Assembly: GCA_964493695.1 (NCBI GenBank) | Contig: CAZBPG010000003.1 | Location: 124 to 64,123, forward strand | Length of the DNA stretch: 64,000 nt | Origin: an uncultured Chitinophaga sp. | Lineage (GTDB): Bacteria > Bacteroidota > Bacteroidia > Chitinophagales > LD1 | Direction of reading: 5' to 3' | Shown: positions 1 through 8,988 of the stretch, piece by piece | Layout of the letters: every line of letters begins with the position of its first letter | How positions within the stretch are numbered: position 1 is the stretch's first letter | Program-made: the position numbers and the translations under genes | Notes under the pieces: model-generated | Told to the model about the DNA's origin: nothing | Database searches by the model: none | What the model saw: only the letters and a program-made list of their open reading frames with translations

Positions 1-1184
1 TGCCCGCCTCTCCCATTCGCAAACTCGTGCCCTATGCCGATGCCGCGAAAAAGAAAGGAGTGAAAGTGTATCACCTCAACATCGGTCAGCCCGATTTAGA
101 AACGCCCCCGCAGTTCTGGAGCAAACTCAAAACCATCGACATAAAAACACTGGAGTACTGTCCCAGCAACGGTATTGAATCGTACCGCAAAAAGTTTGCG
201 GGCTATTACAACAGTATCGGTATTGATGTGGACGCATCTGCCTTCATGATTACCGAAGGCGCGAGCGAAGCGCTTTCATTTGGCATGTATAGTTGCCTCG
301 ATGACGGAGATGAAATTATTATCCCCGAACCTATGTATGCCAATTACATTGGCTTTGCCATGGCCGGTGACATTAAAGTGAAACCGATTTCCACTTCCAT
401 CGAAACCGGTTTCGCCCTCCCTCCCATCGAAGATTTTGAGAAAGCCATTACGGCAAAAACCAAAGCCATTCTTATCTGCAATCCGAATAACCCTACCGGT
501 TACCTTTACAGCAAAGAAGAACTCGCTGTGCTCCGCGAAATTTGCCTGAAGCACGATTTGTTTCTTTTTGTAGATGAAGTGTACCGCGAATTCCTCTATG
601 GCGGAAAAGCGTTTTTCAGTGCCCTCAACTTGGAAGGAATGGAACAGCACGTAGTGGTGTTCGACTCTATTTCAAAAAGGTTTTCTGCCTGCGGTGCCCG
701 TATTGGCGCTATAGTTACCCGCAATAAGGAAGTTCTCGCTTCCGCCCTCAAGTTTGGTCAGGCGCGTCTTTCGCCCAACTCGCTCGGGCAAATTGCCGGT
801 GAAAATCTTTTCGACCTCGGCAAAGAGTATTACGATGGCATTGTTGCCGAATACCAAAAGCGCAGAGATGTCATGGTGGAGCAACTCAACAAGATTCCGG
901 GTGTGGTTTGTCCTAACCCCGGTGGCGCGTTTTATGCCGTAGCTTCTTTACCGGTAAAAGATACGGATGCGTTCTGCCAGTGGATGCTGGAAAGTTTTTC
1001 TTACAACAACGCTACGGTGATGATGGCGCCTGCTTCGGGCTTTTATTCCACTGCTGCTTCGGGAAAAAATCAGGTGCGCATTGCGTATGTGCTTAATACC
1101 GGTGATTTAACTGCTGCCATAAAGTGTTTAGAAGAAGGCTTGAAAGCTTACGCTAAAACTCCCGTCAGCGAGTTAGTGCATTAG
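1..1184 (+). CDS. PLP-dependent class I/II aminotransferase (aspartate aminotransferase-like), 5' end outside window
   Basis: The frame is open from the window edge ((M)PASPIRKLVPYA). Motifs: NIGQPD, CNPNNPTG, DEVY, DSISKRFSACGARIG with the PLP lysine. Confidence 0.9.
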   Translation, partial: PASPIRKLVPYADAAKKKGVKVYHLNIGQPDLETPPQFWSKLKTIDIKTLEYCPSNGIESYRKKFAGYYNSIGIDVDASAFMITEGASEALSFGMYSCLDDGDEIIIPEPMYANYIGFAMAGDIKVKPISTSIETGFALPPIEDFEKAITAKTKAILICNPNNPTGYLYSKEELAVLREICLKHDLFLFVDEVYREFLYGGKAFFSALNLEGMEQHVVVFDSISKRFSACGARIGAIVTRNKEVLASALKFGQARLSPNSLGQIAGENLFDLGKEYYDGIVAEYQKRRDVMVEQLNKIPGVVCPNPGGAFYAVASLPVKDTDAFCQWMLESFSYNNATVMMAPASGFYSTAASGKNQVRIAYVLNTGDLTAAIKCLEEGLKAYAKTPVSELVH

Positions 1185-1728
1185 CAAAAGCAATAAGCGA
1201 GTCATATTTGAAATCCACTAAAGGCTTTTCGTCTTTTTTAATCTTCGAATTGTCGCCCACGAACACGGTGAACATACCGGCATTCTTTCCGAACTGCATA
1301 TCGCTTCCGGTATCCCCAACCATCAGACATTTAGAGAAATCAATTTCCTTAAAATCTTTCTTCGCTTTCAGCGCCATGCCAATGTTTGGCTTGCGCATTT
1401 GCCGCGTATCCTCTTCAATCAAATCAGTAGCTGCATAAATTGCGTGTATCCGTCCCCCGTATTTGCGCACTTCTTTCAGCATTTCATCGTGTATAAACTG
1501 CAGGTCTTCCTGGCTCATCAACTCCTTTCCCACGCCCTGCTGATTGGTAACTACAATGATTCGCTTGAAGAGCGCTGAAAGATTCTTCAGCGCATCCATC
1601 ACCCCTTCCAGAAAATAAAACTCGTCCCATTTCTTTACATAATCGTTCGGGTAATGAAGATTGATTACCCCATCGCGGTCGAGAAAGAGTGTCCAGGTTT
1701 TGTCAATGTTTAAATCACTCAACTTCAT
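1165..1728 (-). CDS. gmhB: D,D-heptose bisphosphate phosphatase (HAD-IIIA family)
   Basis: LFLDRDGVIN, VVTNQQG, RKPNIGM and MVGDTGSD motifs; adjacent to gmhA. Confidence 0.85.
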   Translation of the reverse strand: MKLSDLNIDKTWTLFLDRDGVINLHYPNDYVKKWDEFYFLEGVMDALKNLSALFKRIIVVTNQQGVGKELMSQEDLQFIHDEMLKEVRKYGGRIHAIYAATDLIEEDTRQMRKPNIGMALKAKKDFKEIDFSKCLMVGDTGSDMQFGKNAGMFTVFVGDNSKIKKDEKPLVDFKYDSLIAFANALTR

Positions 1729-2423
1729 TCGAACAACTTTTTGAAGTCTATTTGTGCCTTGGTGTAATCTTCAGGAATACCAATATCAATGAAATAATTG
1801 CCGAAAACCTTGCCGTTGATTTTCTTTACACTCACATACTTCTCCAGCACTTCCTTCTCGAACGAAAATCTCTCTGCTTCAACACCAGCAAGTGTTTCCT
1901 TGTTCAAAAAATAAACGCCTCCGTTTATCAGCCCCTCTTCTACCGGTTTCTTCTCTTCAAACTTTACGATGCGTTCATCTTCCGTTTCAACAGTACCGTA
2001 ACGGTCGAAGTTGTGCATAAGCTTTAACGCCATCGAGATATCAGCGGAAGTATTGAAATGAAACTCCTGCAAGCCGTTCAAATCAATGTCAAAAAAAGTA
2101 TCGCCATTCAGCACAAAAGCAAAATCATCAACCGATTGAAACGCCTTCTTAATCGCGCCACCGGTGCCCAGCGGTTCATCTTCTTTGCTGTAAACAATCT
2201 CAACCTCCAGATACTTATTGCCAAAGTGCGCTTCAATAACCTCGGCTTTATATCCTACAGAAAGAATTGCTTTTGTAACTTTCTGGCGGCTGAGATAAAC
2301 AAAAACATAATGCAGAAAAGGTTTGCCGTTAATCATCGCCATCGGTTTCGGCAAATCGTTAATCACCCCCCGCAGACGGGTACCCAAACCACCGGCAAGA
2401 ACAATTGCAGGATAATTCTTCAT
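1725..2423 (-). CDS. hddC: Sugar-1-phosphate nucleotidyltransferase, HddC-like heptose-1-phosphate guanylyltransferase
   Basis: LAGGLGTRL, LPKPM, PLGTGGA, VLNGDT and FIDIGIPEDY motifs; lies between gmhA and gmhB. Confidence 0.75.
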   Translation of the reverse strand: MKNYPAIVLAGGLGTRLRGVINDLPKPMAMINGKPFLHYVFVYLSRQKVTKAILSVGYKAEVIEAHFGNKYLEVEIVYSKEDEPLGTGGAIKKAFQSVDDFAFVLNGDTFFDIDLNGLQEFHFNTSADISMALKLMHNFDRYGTVETEDERIVKFEEKKPVEEGLINGGVYFLNKETLAGVEAERFSFEKEVLEKYVSVKKINGKVFGNYFIDIGIPEDYTKAQIDFKKLFE

Positions 2424-2426
2424 CTT

Positions 2427-2999
2427 TTATGTGAAGAGTTTGTCTTCCACTAACTGGCAAATAATATGTCCGATAAGAATATGACTTTCCTGAATCCTCG
2501 GAGTGTCTTTGCTCGGCACATTAAAAAGATAATCGCAGGAGTCTTTCATTTTGCCTCCGCCTTCACCGGTAAACGAAATAACGTGCATACCGCGTTGTTT
2601 TGCTTCAATCTGCGCCAGCAAAACATTTTTCGAATTGCCTGAAGTGGAAATACCAATCAGCACATCGCCTTTTCTTCCGTACGCTTTTACAGCTCTTTCA
2701 TAAATCTGGTCGTAGCTATAATCGTTCGCCACAGCCGTCAGAAAAGAAGTATTCACATGTAATGCTTCAGCAGGAAGAGGTTCCCTGTCACTATAAAACC
2801 TTCCGGTAAACTCAGCAGCCAGATGCTGTGCATCGGCTGCGCTGCCACCGTTACCGCACAAATACAGGCGGTGCCCGTTTTCGAAAGCGTCTGCAATCAG
2901 TTTCGAAACTTCTTCAATCCGTTTTACAAAAAACTCATCCGCCAGAATTTTACTCTTGACTTCAATAGAGGAAGAAATAATGGATTTGATTTTACTCAT
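2427..2999 (-). CDS. gmhA: Phosphoheptose (sedoheptulose-7-phosphate) isomerase
   Basis: CGNGGSAADAQHLAAE, ISTSGNS and TPRIQESH motifs. Confidence 0.95.
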   Translation of the reverse strand: MSKIKSIISSSIEVKSKILADEFFVKRIEEVSKLIADAFENGHRLYLCGNGGSAADAQHLAAEFTGRFYSDREPLPAEALHVNTSFLTAVANDYSYDQIYERAVKAYGRKGDVLIGISTSGNSKNVLLAQIEAKQRGMHVISFTGEGGGKMKDSCDYLFNVPSKDTPRIQESHILIGHIICQLVEDKLFT

Positions 3000-3026
3000 A
3001 GCGCAAACATAAAGAAAAGGCAGACC

Positions 3027-4415
3027 TTAAACAGCGGCTGAATTTCTTTTTTCCACCTTCATCATCATGCCGTATTTCGGGCGGAGGGTAATGAGCGGTT
3101 CGGCTTCTACAATAAAATTTTCCTTCAGCCGGAATTTGTATTTGCGGTACATCAGTATCAGTATAATCTGCATTTCCATAATCGCAAAATTATTGCCGAT
3201 ACACAGGCGCGGACCACCACCGAAAGGGAAGTAAACGTACCGGTCAATGTTGTTTTTTAACTCCGGAGCAAAACGCTCGGGCTTAAACTTCATGGGTTCA
3301 TCCCAATACTTTTCGCTGTGGTGGAAATACATAATCGGCATCAGCACGTTCGTATCTTTCATAATACGGTAGCCGCCAATTTCATCCTCTTCATTGTTTC
3401 TTCTGCCCACAATCCATGCCGGTGGAAACAAACGCATACTTTCATCAATCACCTGACGCACATATTGGAATCCGAGAACGTTTTGAAAATTGAGTTCTAC
3501 TCCGGCATCTAACTTCTCATCAATCTCGCGAATCATTTTTGCCTCTGCTTCGGGGTTTTGAGAAAGCAGGTAAAGCGTCCATGCCATAGCATTGGCGGTA
3601 GTTTCATTACCGGCAATAAAAATAGTCATTACCTCATCGCGCAGTTGGCGGTTGTCCATCGCTTCACCGGTTTCTTCATCGCGGGCATCGAGCAACATGG
3701 AGAGCAAATCGCTTTTCGAAATTCCCTCCTTCCTTCTTTTATCAATAATGTCGTAAATAATCTTGTCCAGAATTTTTATCGCCTTGCGCTCCTGAATGTT
3801 TGTTGGAGTAGGAAACATAGCAGGCAACCGGATAGGAGAATTCAGTTTATCAGTGGCATATTGATTGAGTAAGGTAATCTGCTTGCTCACCAAATCCGCT
3901 TTATCATCTACCCCATTACTGAAAATAGCCTCCGAAATAATCTCTAAAGTAAGATTGGTCATTTGCGGAGCTACATCAAAATATTCTCCGCTTTCAGCTT
4001 TCGGCTTCATGCTATCAACCTCCTGCTGTGCCCTGCGCACCATCATAGCGGTAAGGTCAGCGAGTTTTTGTTTATGGAAAGCCGGTTGAATAAGCCTGCG
4101 CTGTTTTTTCCAGAACTCTCCTTCGCTGGTCAGCAAGCCATTCCCCAAAAGAAGACGCAGCATATCATAAGCCAGGCTCTTCCGGTAATTCTTGTTGTTG
4201 TCTACCAAAACATATTTGGCATATTCAGGCTTTGCCGCAATTACAATACGGTTAAAGGGAAGAGACAGTGAAAAAATTTCACCGTATTGCTTTATCAGCT
4301 TCGGCAAAACAGCATGGGCATTTTCGCGGAGCATGTAGCCGCTGCCAAACAGCCAATGTTTTTCTTTAGGAAAAGGAGGAACGGATTTCTTTTTTACAGG
4401 AGCTTCAGTTTCCAT
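3027..4415 (-). CDS. Cytochrome P450
   Basis: I-helix AGNETT, ExxR (ESMR), PERF and haem motif FGGGPRLCIG. Confidence 0.95.
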   Translation of the reverse strand: METEAPVKKKSVPPFPKEKHWLFGSGYMLRENAHAVLPKLIKQYGEIFSLSLPFNRIVIAAKPEYAKYVLVDNNKNYRKSLAYDMLRLLLGNGLLTSEGEFWKKQRRLIQPAFHKQKLADLTAMMVRRAQQEVDSMKPKAESGEYFDVAPQMTNLTLEIISEAIFSNGVDDKADLVSKQITLLNQYATDKLNSPIRLPAMFPTPTNIQERKAIKILDKIIYDIIDKRRKEGISKSDLLSMLLDARDEETGEAMDNRQLRDEVMTIFIAGNETTANAMAWTLYLLSQNPEAEAKMIREIDEKLDAGVELNFQNVLGFQYVRQVIDESMRLFPPAWIVGRRNNEEDEIGGYRIMKDTNVLMPIMYFHHSEKYWDEPMKFKPERFAPELKNNIDRYVYFPFGGGPRLCIGNNFAIMEMQIILILMYRKYKFRLKENFIVEAEPLITLRPKYGMMMKVEKRNSAAV

Positions 4416-4454
4416 TTCAGGCGCTATTTATCGGGTACAACGAACAAGAATCAA

Positions 4455-5666
4455 TCAAATTTTTGCGTCCTTGTATTTTCTCCAAAGGTAAACCGTTGCA
4501 GCAATACCTAACACAAACATAACGATGGAAATAACCTCGCTTTGCCGCAATTCAAATCCGCCAAAGAAGTAAGTATCCCTACCGCCCAAATCGCGCCACT
4601 GCTCAATGGCAAACCGCTGAATGCCGATAAGAATCATAAAGATGGTGAAGATGATACCCGGCTTGTAGGTCATCTTTTTACGGATGCTCCAGAGAATAAT
4701 AAAAATAGTCACGCACATCAGCAGTTCATAAAGCGGAGTGGGATACGCGGCATTTGCGAGATAAGTGCAATGTTCTTCAGTGCAATTAGGCAGAATAGTC
4801 GTGGGTTCGGCATCAATAATATTATGCGCGTAGTTATCGCTCCATAAAAACTGGGGAAACCACGAAGGCTTGTTGTAAGGATTTGCCAGGCCCCAATCAC
4901 CATCACCGGAAACATGACAACCGATTCTGCCAATACCATTGGCAAGAATAAACCCGGGTGCTACGGAATCAAAGAAATGAGCCAGATTGAATTTTTTCTT
5001 CCAGGCATAAACTGCGAAACCGATACCGGCAAAAATCAACCCACCAAAAACCGAAAGCCCGCTGAACATAGAGCCAAACGGATCGGCCCAGAAATTGGCA
5101 TAGTCACCGGGGTTTTCGAGATAGTTGAAAAAATTGGCCCCCGAAATACCCAGCACTGCTGCAATCACCACTAAATCGCCAATACCATCGGAAGGGTAAA
5201 CAGTGATTTTTTTCTTCACCGGTTGTGGCAGTTTCTCTTTGTTCTTTGTATAGTAGGAATAATACGCTAACGCTGCGCCACCAATAATTCCACCAAGCCA
5301 GCTACCGGTGGTAAGCGAAAGCATAAAATTATTGATAGCAATAGCTCCGGTGCTCAGTTCGGGCTGGTAAACAAAAAGACCTACGACTTTAAAGAACACT
5401 ACAAAACCAAAAAGGAAATAAAAAGCAATTTCAGTAACCGATGGGGCCTCACCCACTATTACATCTGCCGGCTGTCCGGCAAGCAGGCCGAGTTTCTCTC
5501 TTCTGCGCATTTCGGCAACCGATAAAGTAGCAGCCACAAAAAAGCCACAGGCAACAAAAAAACCATAGCTATATACAGGAAGAAACCGGAAATCTGCCCA
5601 GGAAGCCTGATTAAAAAAATGAAAAATAAAATCGGTGACCTTGGGATAACAGCGCAATAGAATCAT
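4455..5666 (-). CDS. lgt: Prolipoprotein diacylglyceryl transferase, long Bacteroidota form
   Basis: Multi-TM protein with GLSVFGG, GRIGCHVSGDGDWG, YPTPLYE and RFAIE motifs. Confidence 0.85.
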   Translation of the reverse strand: MILLRCYPKVTDFIFHFFNQASWADFRFLPVYSYGFFVACGFFVAATLSVAEMRRREKLGLLAGQPADVIVGEAPSVTEIAFYFLFGFVVFFKVVGLFVYQPELSTGAIAINNFMLSLTTGSWLGGIIGGAALAYYSYYTKNKEKLPQPVKKKITVYPSDGIGDLVVIAAVLGISGANFFNYLENPGDYANFWADPFGSMFSGLSVFGGLIFAGIGFAVYAWKKKFNLAHFFDSVAPGFILANGIGRIGCHVSGDGDWGLANPYNKPSWFPQFLWSDNYAHNIIDAEPTTILPNCTEEHCTYLANAAYPTPLYELLMCVTIFIILWSIRKKMTYKPGIIFTIFMILIGIQRFAIEQWRDLGGRDTYFFGGFELRQSEVISIVMFVLGIAATVYLWRKYKDAKI

Positions 5667-5718
5667 AAGGCAAATTTAGCAGGGCGAATAAAAGACTTTC
5701 TGTTTTGTTCAAAACAGT

Positions 5719-6072
5719 TTACAGTTTTCTTTTTCTAATTACATCTCTTTCCAGCACAATAAACCAACCGGTAATTTCACTTTTTTGCACCTGGAAAAAA
5801 TGTTTGAATACTTCATAAGGTTCCTCAGGAGTATTTGGATTAAACCTAAAAAACAAAACCCCAACAGGGGCAGGAAGTTTTTCTTTAAACAGCAGATGTC
5901 CGTAATCTTTGTCGAAAGTCAAAATTACTTGTTGATTGGCAACCGCGTGTTGCAGAACAATTTTATCGGAAACAGAAGACATGACTTCTGAAACACTTTC
6001 AACTTCAAAACCCTCCTCGCGAAGCTTTCTGATACTAGTGACGGGAAAATTTTCATTGGCAAGAAATTTCAT
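5719..6072 (-). CDS. DUF5615 PIN-like toxin
   Basis: MKFLANEN start and LTFDKDYG motif; overlaps the upstream DUF433 gene by 4 nt. Confidence 0.85.
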   Translation of the reverse strand: MKFLANENFPVTSIRKLREEGFEVESVSEVMSSVSDKIVLQHAVANQQVILTFDKDYGHLLFKEKLPAPVGVLFFRFNPNTPEEPYEVFKHFFQVQKSEITGWFIVLERDVIRKRKL

Positions 6073-6296
6073 GCCCGGATAAGAATGAGTTCATCTTTAA
6101 TACAATCTTGCAGGTATGCAAAAACAGCGCGCAAATCGTTTTGAGTAAGGCGCGGATAGTTTTCTAAAATTTGCTGCTCACTCCAACCGGCTTCATACAA
6201 ACCTAAAATGAATTCCACTGCCAAACGAGTTCCTTTAATAGCCGGTTTGCCAACTAAAACTTCCGGGTCAGATTGAATATGATTTCTCCAGTTCAT
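6069..6296 (-). CDS. DUF433 antitoxin
   Basis: DPEVLVGKPAIKGTRL...ILENYPRLT. ATG at 6296 is preferred over the GTG at 6302. Confidence 0.9.
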   Translation of the reverse strand: MNWRNHIQSDPEVLVGKPAIKGTRLAVEFILGLYEAGWSEQQILENYPRLTQNDLRAVFAYLQDCIKDELILIRA

Positions 6297-6338
6297 AAGC
6301 ACGAATTTAGTTTGTATTACCCAAACAAAAAAACATTT

Positions 6339-7694
6339 CTACGCAATTGAAAGTTCCAAATGCTTGGTGCCTTTTACATAGCCAAAATCCGAAACTTCAT
6401 TCAGCCGGATGGTTTGTATGGTGTTCCACATATCATCTTCGAACGGAATACCTGTTTTGATGTAGTTATCGGTAAAGCCGTAACGGATACCGTTATCGTT
6501 TTCGGCTTCAAACAAAACTTTGCGCTCAGTGTTTACGTGCTCGCTGTAAAACTTACGTTTCTTCTTTTCAGAAAGTATGCGCAGCATCCTGTTCCGCTCT
6601 TTTCTTTCGGGCACAGGAACCACTGGTGTGATGTTGAGCGCGCGGGTATTGGCGCGCTCGCTGTAGGTAAACACATGCAGATAGGAAACATCCAGTTCGT
6701 TCACAAAATTGTAAGTCTCTAAAAACTGTTCGTGTGTTTCACCGGGGAAGCCGACAATAACATCCACACCAATACAGGCATGAGGCATAACCGCTTTTAT
6801 TCTCTCCACTCTTTCTTTATACAGCTTGCTCAGATATTTTCTGCGCATCAGTTTCAGAATTTTATCGCTGCCGCTTTGGAGCGGAATATGAAAGTGCGGC
6901 ATAAATCTTTCGCTGCCTGCTACAAAATCAATGATTTCGTTGGTGAGCAGGTTCGGCTCGATGGAAGAAATACGGAAGCGCTCAACTTCTTTAATCTTAT
7001 CTAACTGCTGAATGAGCTGGTAGAAATCTTCACCGGTGCGTTCGCTGCCATCGGTAGCCTTGCCGTAATCGCCAATGTTTACACCGGTAAGCACAATTTC
7101 TTTTACACCGGTGGCAGCCACTTTCTTTGCCACTTCAACCGTGTGGGCAATGGTATTGCTTCTGCTTTTACCGCGCGCCAAAGGAATGGTGCAGAACGAA
7201 CAGAAGTAGTCGCAGCCATCCTGCACTTTCAGAAAACTGCGGGTGCGCTCGCCCTGCGAGTAGGCATCGGCATAAAACTCTACGTTATTGATATCGCCAC
7301 TGATAACAAGAGGAGATGCTTCGACTCCGCTCAGCATGACATTCTCTTCTAATTTTTCAAGATACTCATGAATCTTAAACTTCTCGTTGGCGCCCAGCAC
7401 CATGCTCACTCCCTTTATCTTCGAAATTTCTTCGGGCTTTAACTGCGCAAAACATCCAACGATGATAATTTTTGCTTCGGGGTTTGTCTTTAAAGCCGCT
7501 TTAACCACATGCCGTGTTTCTTTATCGGCATTCTCGGTAACACTGCAGGTATTAATAATGTAATAGTCTGCGCGGTCGCTGAACTCCACCTTCTGAAAGC
7601 CCTGCTCGGTAAGAATGCGGGCAATAGCCGAAGTTTCGGAGAAGTTGAGCTTGCAGCCAAGGGTGTGCAGCGCTATTTTGCGATTGTAATACAT
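6339..7694 (-). CDS. mtaB: tRNA t6A37 methylthiotransferase
   Basis: TLGCKLNFSET, INTCSVT, radical-SAM CDYFCSFC and C-terminal TRAM domain. Start trimmed to MYYNRKIA because the longer ORF-track start runs through intergenic DNA. Confidence 0.93.
   Translation of the reverse strand: MYYNRKIALHTLGCKLNFSETSAIARILTEQGFQKVEFSDRADYYIINTCSVTENADKETRHVVKAALKTNPEAKIIIVGCFAQLKPEEISKIKGVSMVLGANEKFKIHEYLEKLEENVMLSGVEASPLVISGDINNVEFYADAYSQGERTRSFLKVQDGCDYFCSFCTIPLARGKSRSNTIAHTVEVAKKVAATGVKEIVLTGVNIGDYGKATDGSERTGEDFYQLIQQLDKIKEVERFRISSIEPNLLTNEIIDFVAGSERFMPHFHIPLQSGSDKILKLMRRKYLSKLYKERVERIKAVMPHACIGVDVIVGFPGETHEQFLETYNFVNELDVSYLHVFTYSERANTRALNITPVVPVPERKERNRMLRILSEKKKRKFYSEHVNTERKVLFEAENDNGIRYGFTDNYIKTGIPFEDDMWNTIQTIRLNEVSDFGYVKGTKHLELSIA
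7314..7341 (-). repeat. REP-like element TGTCATGCTGAGCGGAGTCGAAGCATCT inside mtaB
   Basis: Near-identical intergenic copy TGTCATGCTGAGCGTAGTCGAAGCA at 60274..60298. Confidence 0.85.
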
Positions 7695-7729
7695 CGGGGT
7701 GCGAATATAGGAAAGTAGGCGTTTGCCAA

Positions 7730-7764
7730 TAACCCCGAAAGGGTTTGGAACCCTTTCGGGGTTA
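7730..7764. repeat. REP-like palindrome AACCCCGAAAGGGTT-N3-AACCCTTTCGGGGTT, copy 1 of 3
   Basis: Perfect 16-bp arms with a 3-nt loop; further copies at 21430..21462 and 42454..42486. Confidence 0.9.
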
Positions 7765-7865
7765 CCGCCAACTGTGAACTGTGAACTATCCAATCCACAA
7801 AAGTTTTTGCACATCCTTTGAAGAAATAATCGTGTTGAGTTTTTACAGCCGCATACATTCGTTGC

Positions 7866-8885
7866 ATGGCAAGAAAAGTTCGGGTTGGAGTATTTGGTGT
7901 TGGTCACCTCGGCAAAATTCACGTAAAGCTTCTCAAAGAAATTTCGGGTTACGACATTACCGGTTTCTACGACCCCGATGATAAAAACGCGCACAAGGCC
8001 GAAACCGATTTTGGTATTAAGCGTTTCGATAACCCGAAGAAATTAATTGAGAGTTGCGATGCCATTGATATTGTTTCGCCCACTACCACGCATTTTCAGA
8101 TTGCTAAAGATGCCATTAAGAAAGGCAAACACATTTTTATTGAAAAGCCGCTTTCATCTACCGTAAAAGAAGCGAAGGAACTGGTGGAACTGGTGGACGA
8201 AGCCCGCGTGAAAGCCATGGTGGGCCATGTAGAGCGTTTTAATCCGGCTATTCTAAGCCTGAATAAAAAGAACATCAAGCCGATGTTTATTGAAGTGCAC
8301 CGGTTGGCGGAGTTTAATCCGCGCGGCACCGATGTTTCGGTGGTGCTTGATTTAATGATTCACGACCTCGATATTATTTTGAGCCTGGTAAAAGCCAACG
8401 TAAAAAAAGTTTCGGCCAGCGGTGTGGCTATTCTTTCCAAAAGCCCCGATATTGCCAATGCACGCATTGAGTTTGATAACGGTTGTGTGGCGAATGTTAC
8501 CGCCAGCCGCATTTCGGTGAAGAGCATGAGGAAGATGCGCATCTTTCAGCCCGGTGCTTACATCAGTATGGATTTTTTGAAAAAGAAGAGCGACCTCTTC
8601 CGCATTGAAGATGAAATGCCTTCCACCAATGGCGAGAGCAACCACTTTGAAATTGACTTGCCCGACAACACCAAAAAATACATTACTTACGAAACTGCCG
8701 AGAAGAAGGATGTAAACGCCATTCAAATGGAGCTGGAGCTTTTTCATAAATCTATTACCCAAAACAAACCGGTGCCGGTAAGTATGCTCGATGGCTACAA
8801 TGCCATGCACCTGGCGCAGAATATTCTCGATAAAATAAATGTACAGCTAACAGCCACCCCCAAACCCCCTAAAGGGGGCTTTTAA
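7866..8885 (+). CDS. Gfo/Idh/MocA family oxidoreductase
   Basis: GVFGVGHLG, FIEKP, VGHVERFNPA and DLMIHD motifs. Confidence 0.92.
   Translation: MARKVRVGVFGVGHLGKIHVKLLKEISGYDITGFYDPDDKNAHKAETDFGIKRFDNPKKLIESCDAIDIVSPTTTHFQIAKDAIKKGKHIFIEKPLSSTVKEAKELVELVDEARVKAMVGHVERFNPAILSLNKKNIKPMFIEVHRLAEFNPRGTDVSVVLDLMIHDLDIILSLVKANVKKVSASGVAILSKSPDIANARIEFDNGCVANVTASRISVKSMRKMRIFQPGAYISMDFLKKKSDLFRIEDEMPSTNGESNHFEIDLPDNTKKYITYETAEKKDVNAIQMELELFHKSITQNKPVPVSMLDGYNAMHLAQNILDKINVQLTATPKPPKGGF
8856..8881 (+). repeat. REP-like ACCCCCAAACCCCCTAAAGGGGGCTT encoding the oxidoreductase C-terminus
   Basis: Matches the reverse complement of 62714..62738 with one indel. Confidence 0.8.
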
Positions 8886-8886
8886 T

Positions 8887-8928
8887 CCTTCTCCTTTAGG
8901 AGAAGGTGCCCGTAGGGCGGATGAGGTT
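8887..8928. repeat. REP-like CCTTCTCCTTTAGGAGAAGGTGCCCGTAGGGCGGATGAGG family, copy 1
   Basis: Double hairpin; near-identical copy at 46600..46641 and a modified copy inside sucA at 20500..20551. Confidence 0.9.
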
Positions 8929-8988
8929 ATTTTTCCTTTATTCGCAATCTTTTAAAGCAACGCACGTTTAAGTTTTTCGTTTTATCAA

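Noticed and set aside
7695-7994. N-terminal extension of the 551-aa MtaB ORF
   Set aside because: It crosses a REP palindrome and overlaps the divergent Gfo gene; the family begins near MYYNRKIALHTLGC.
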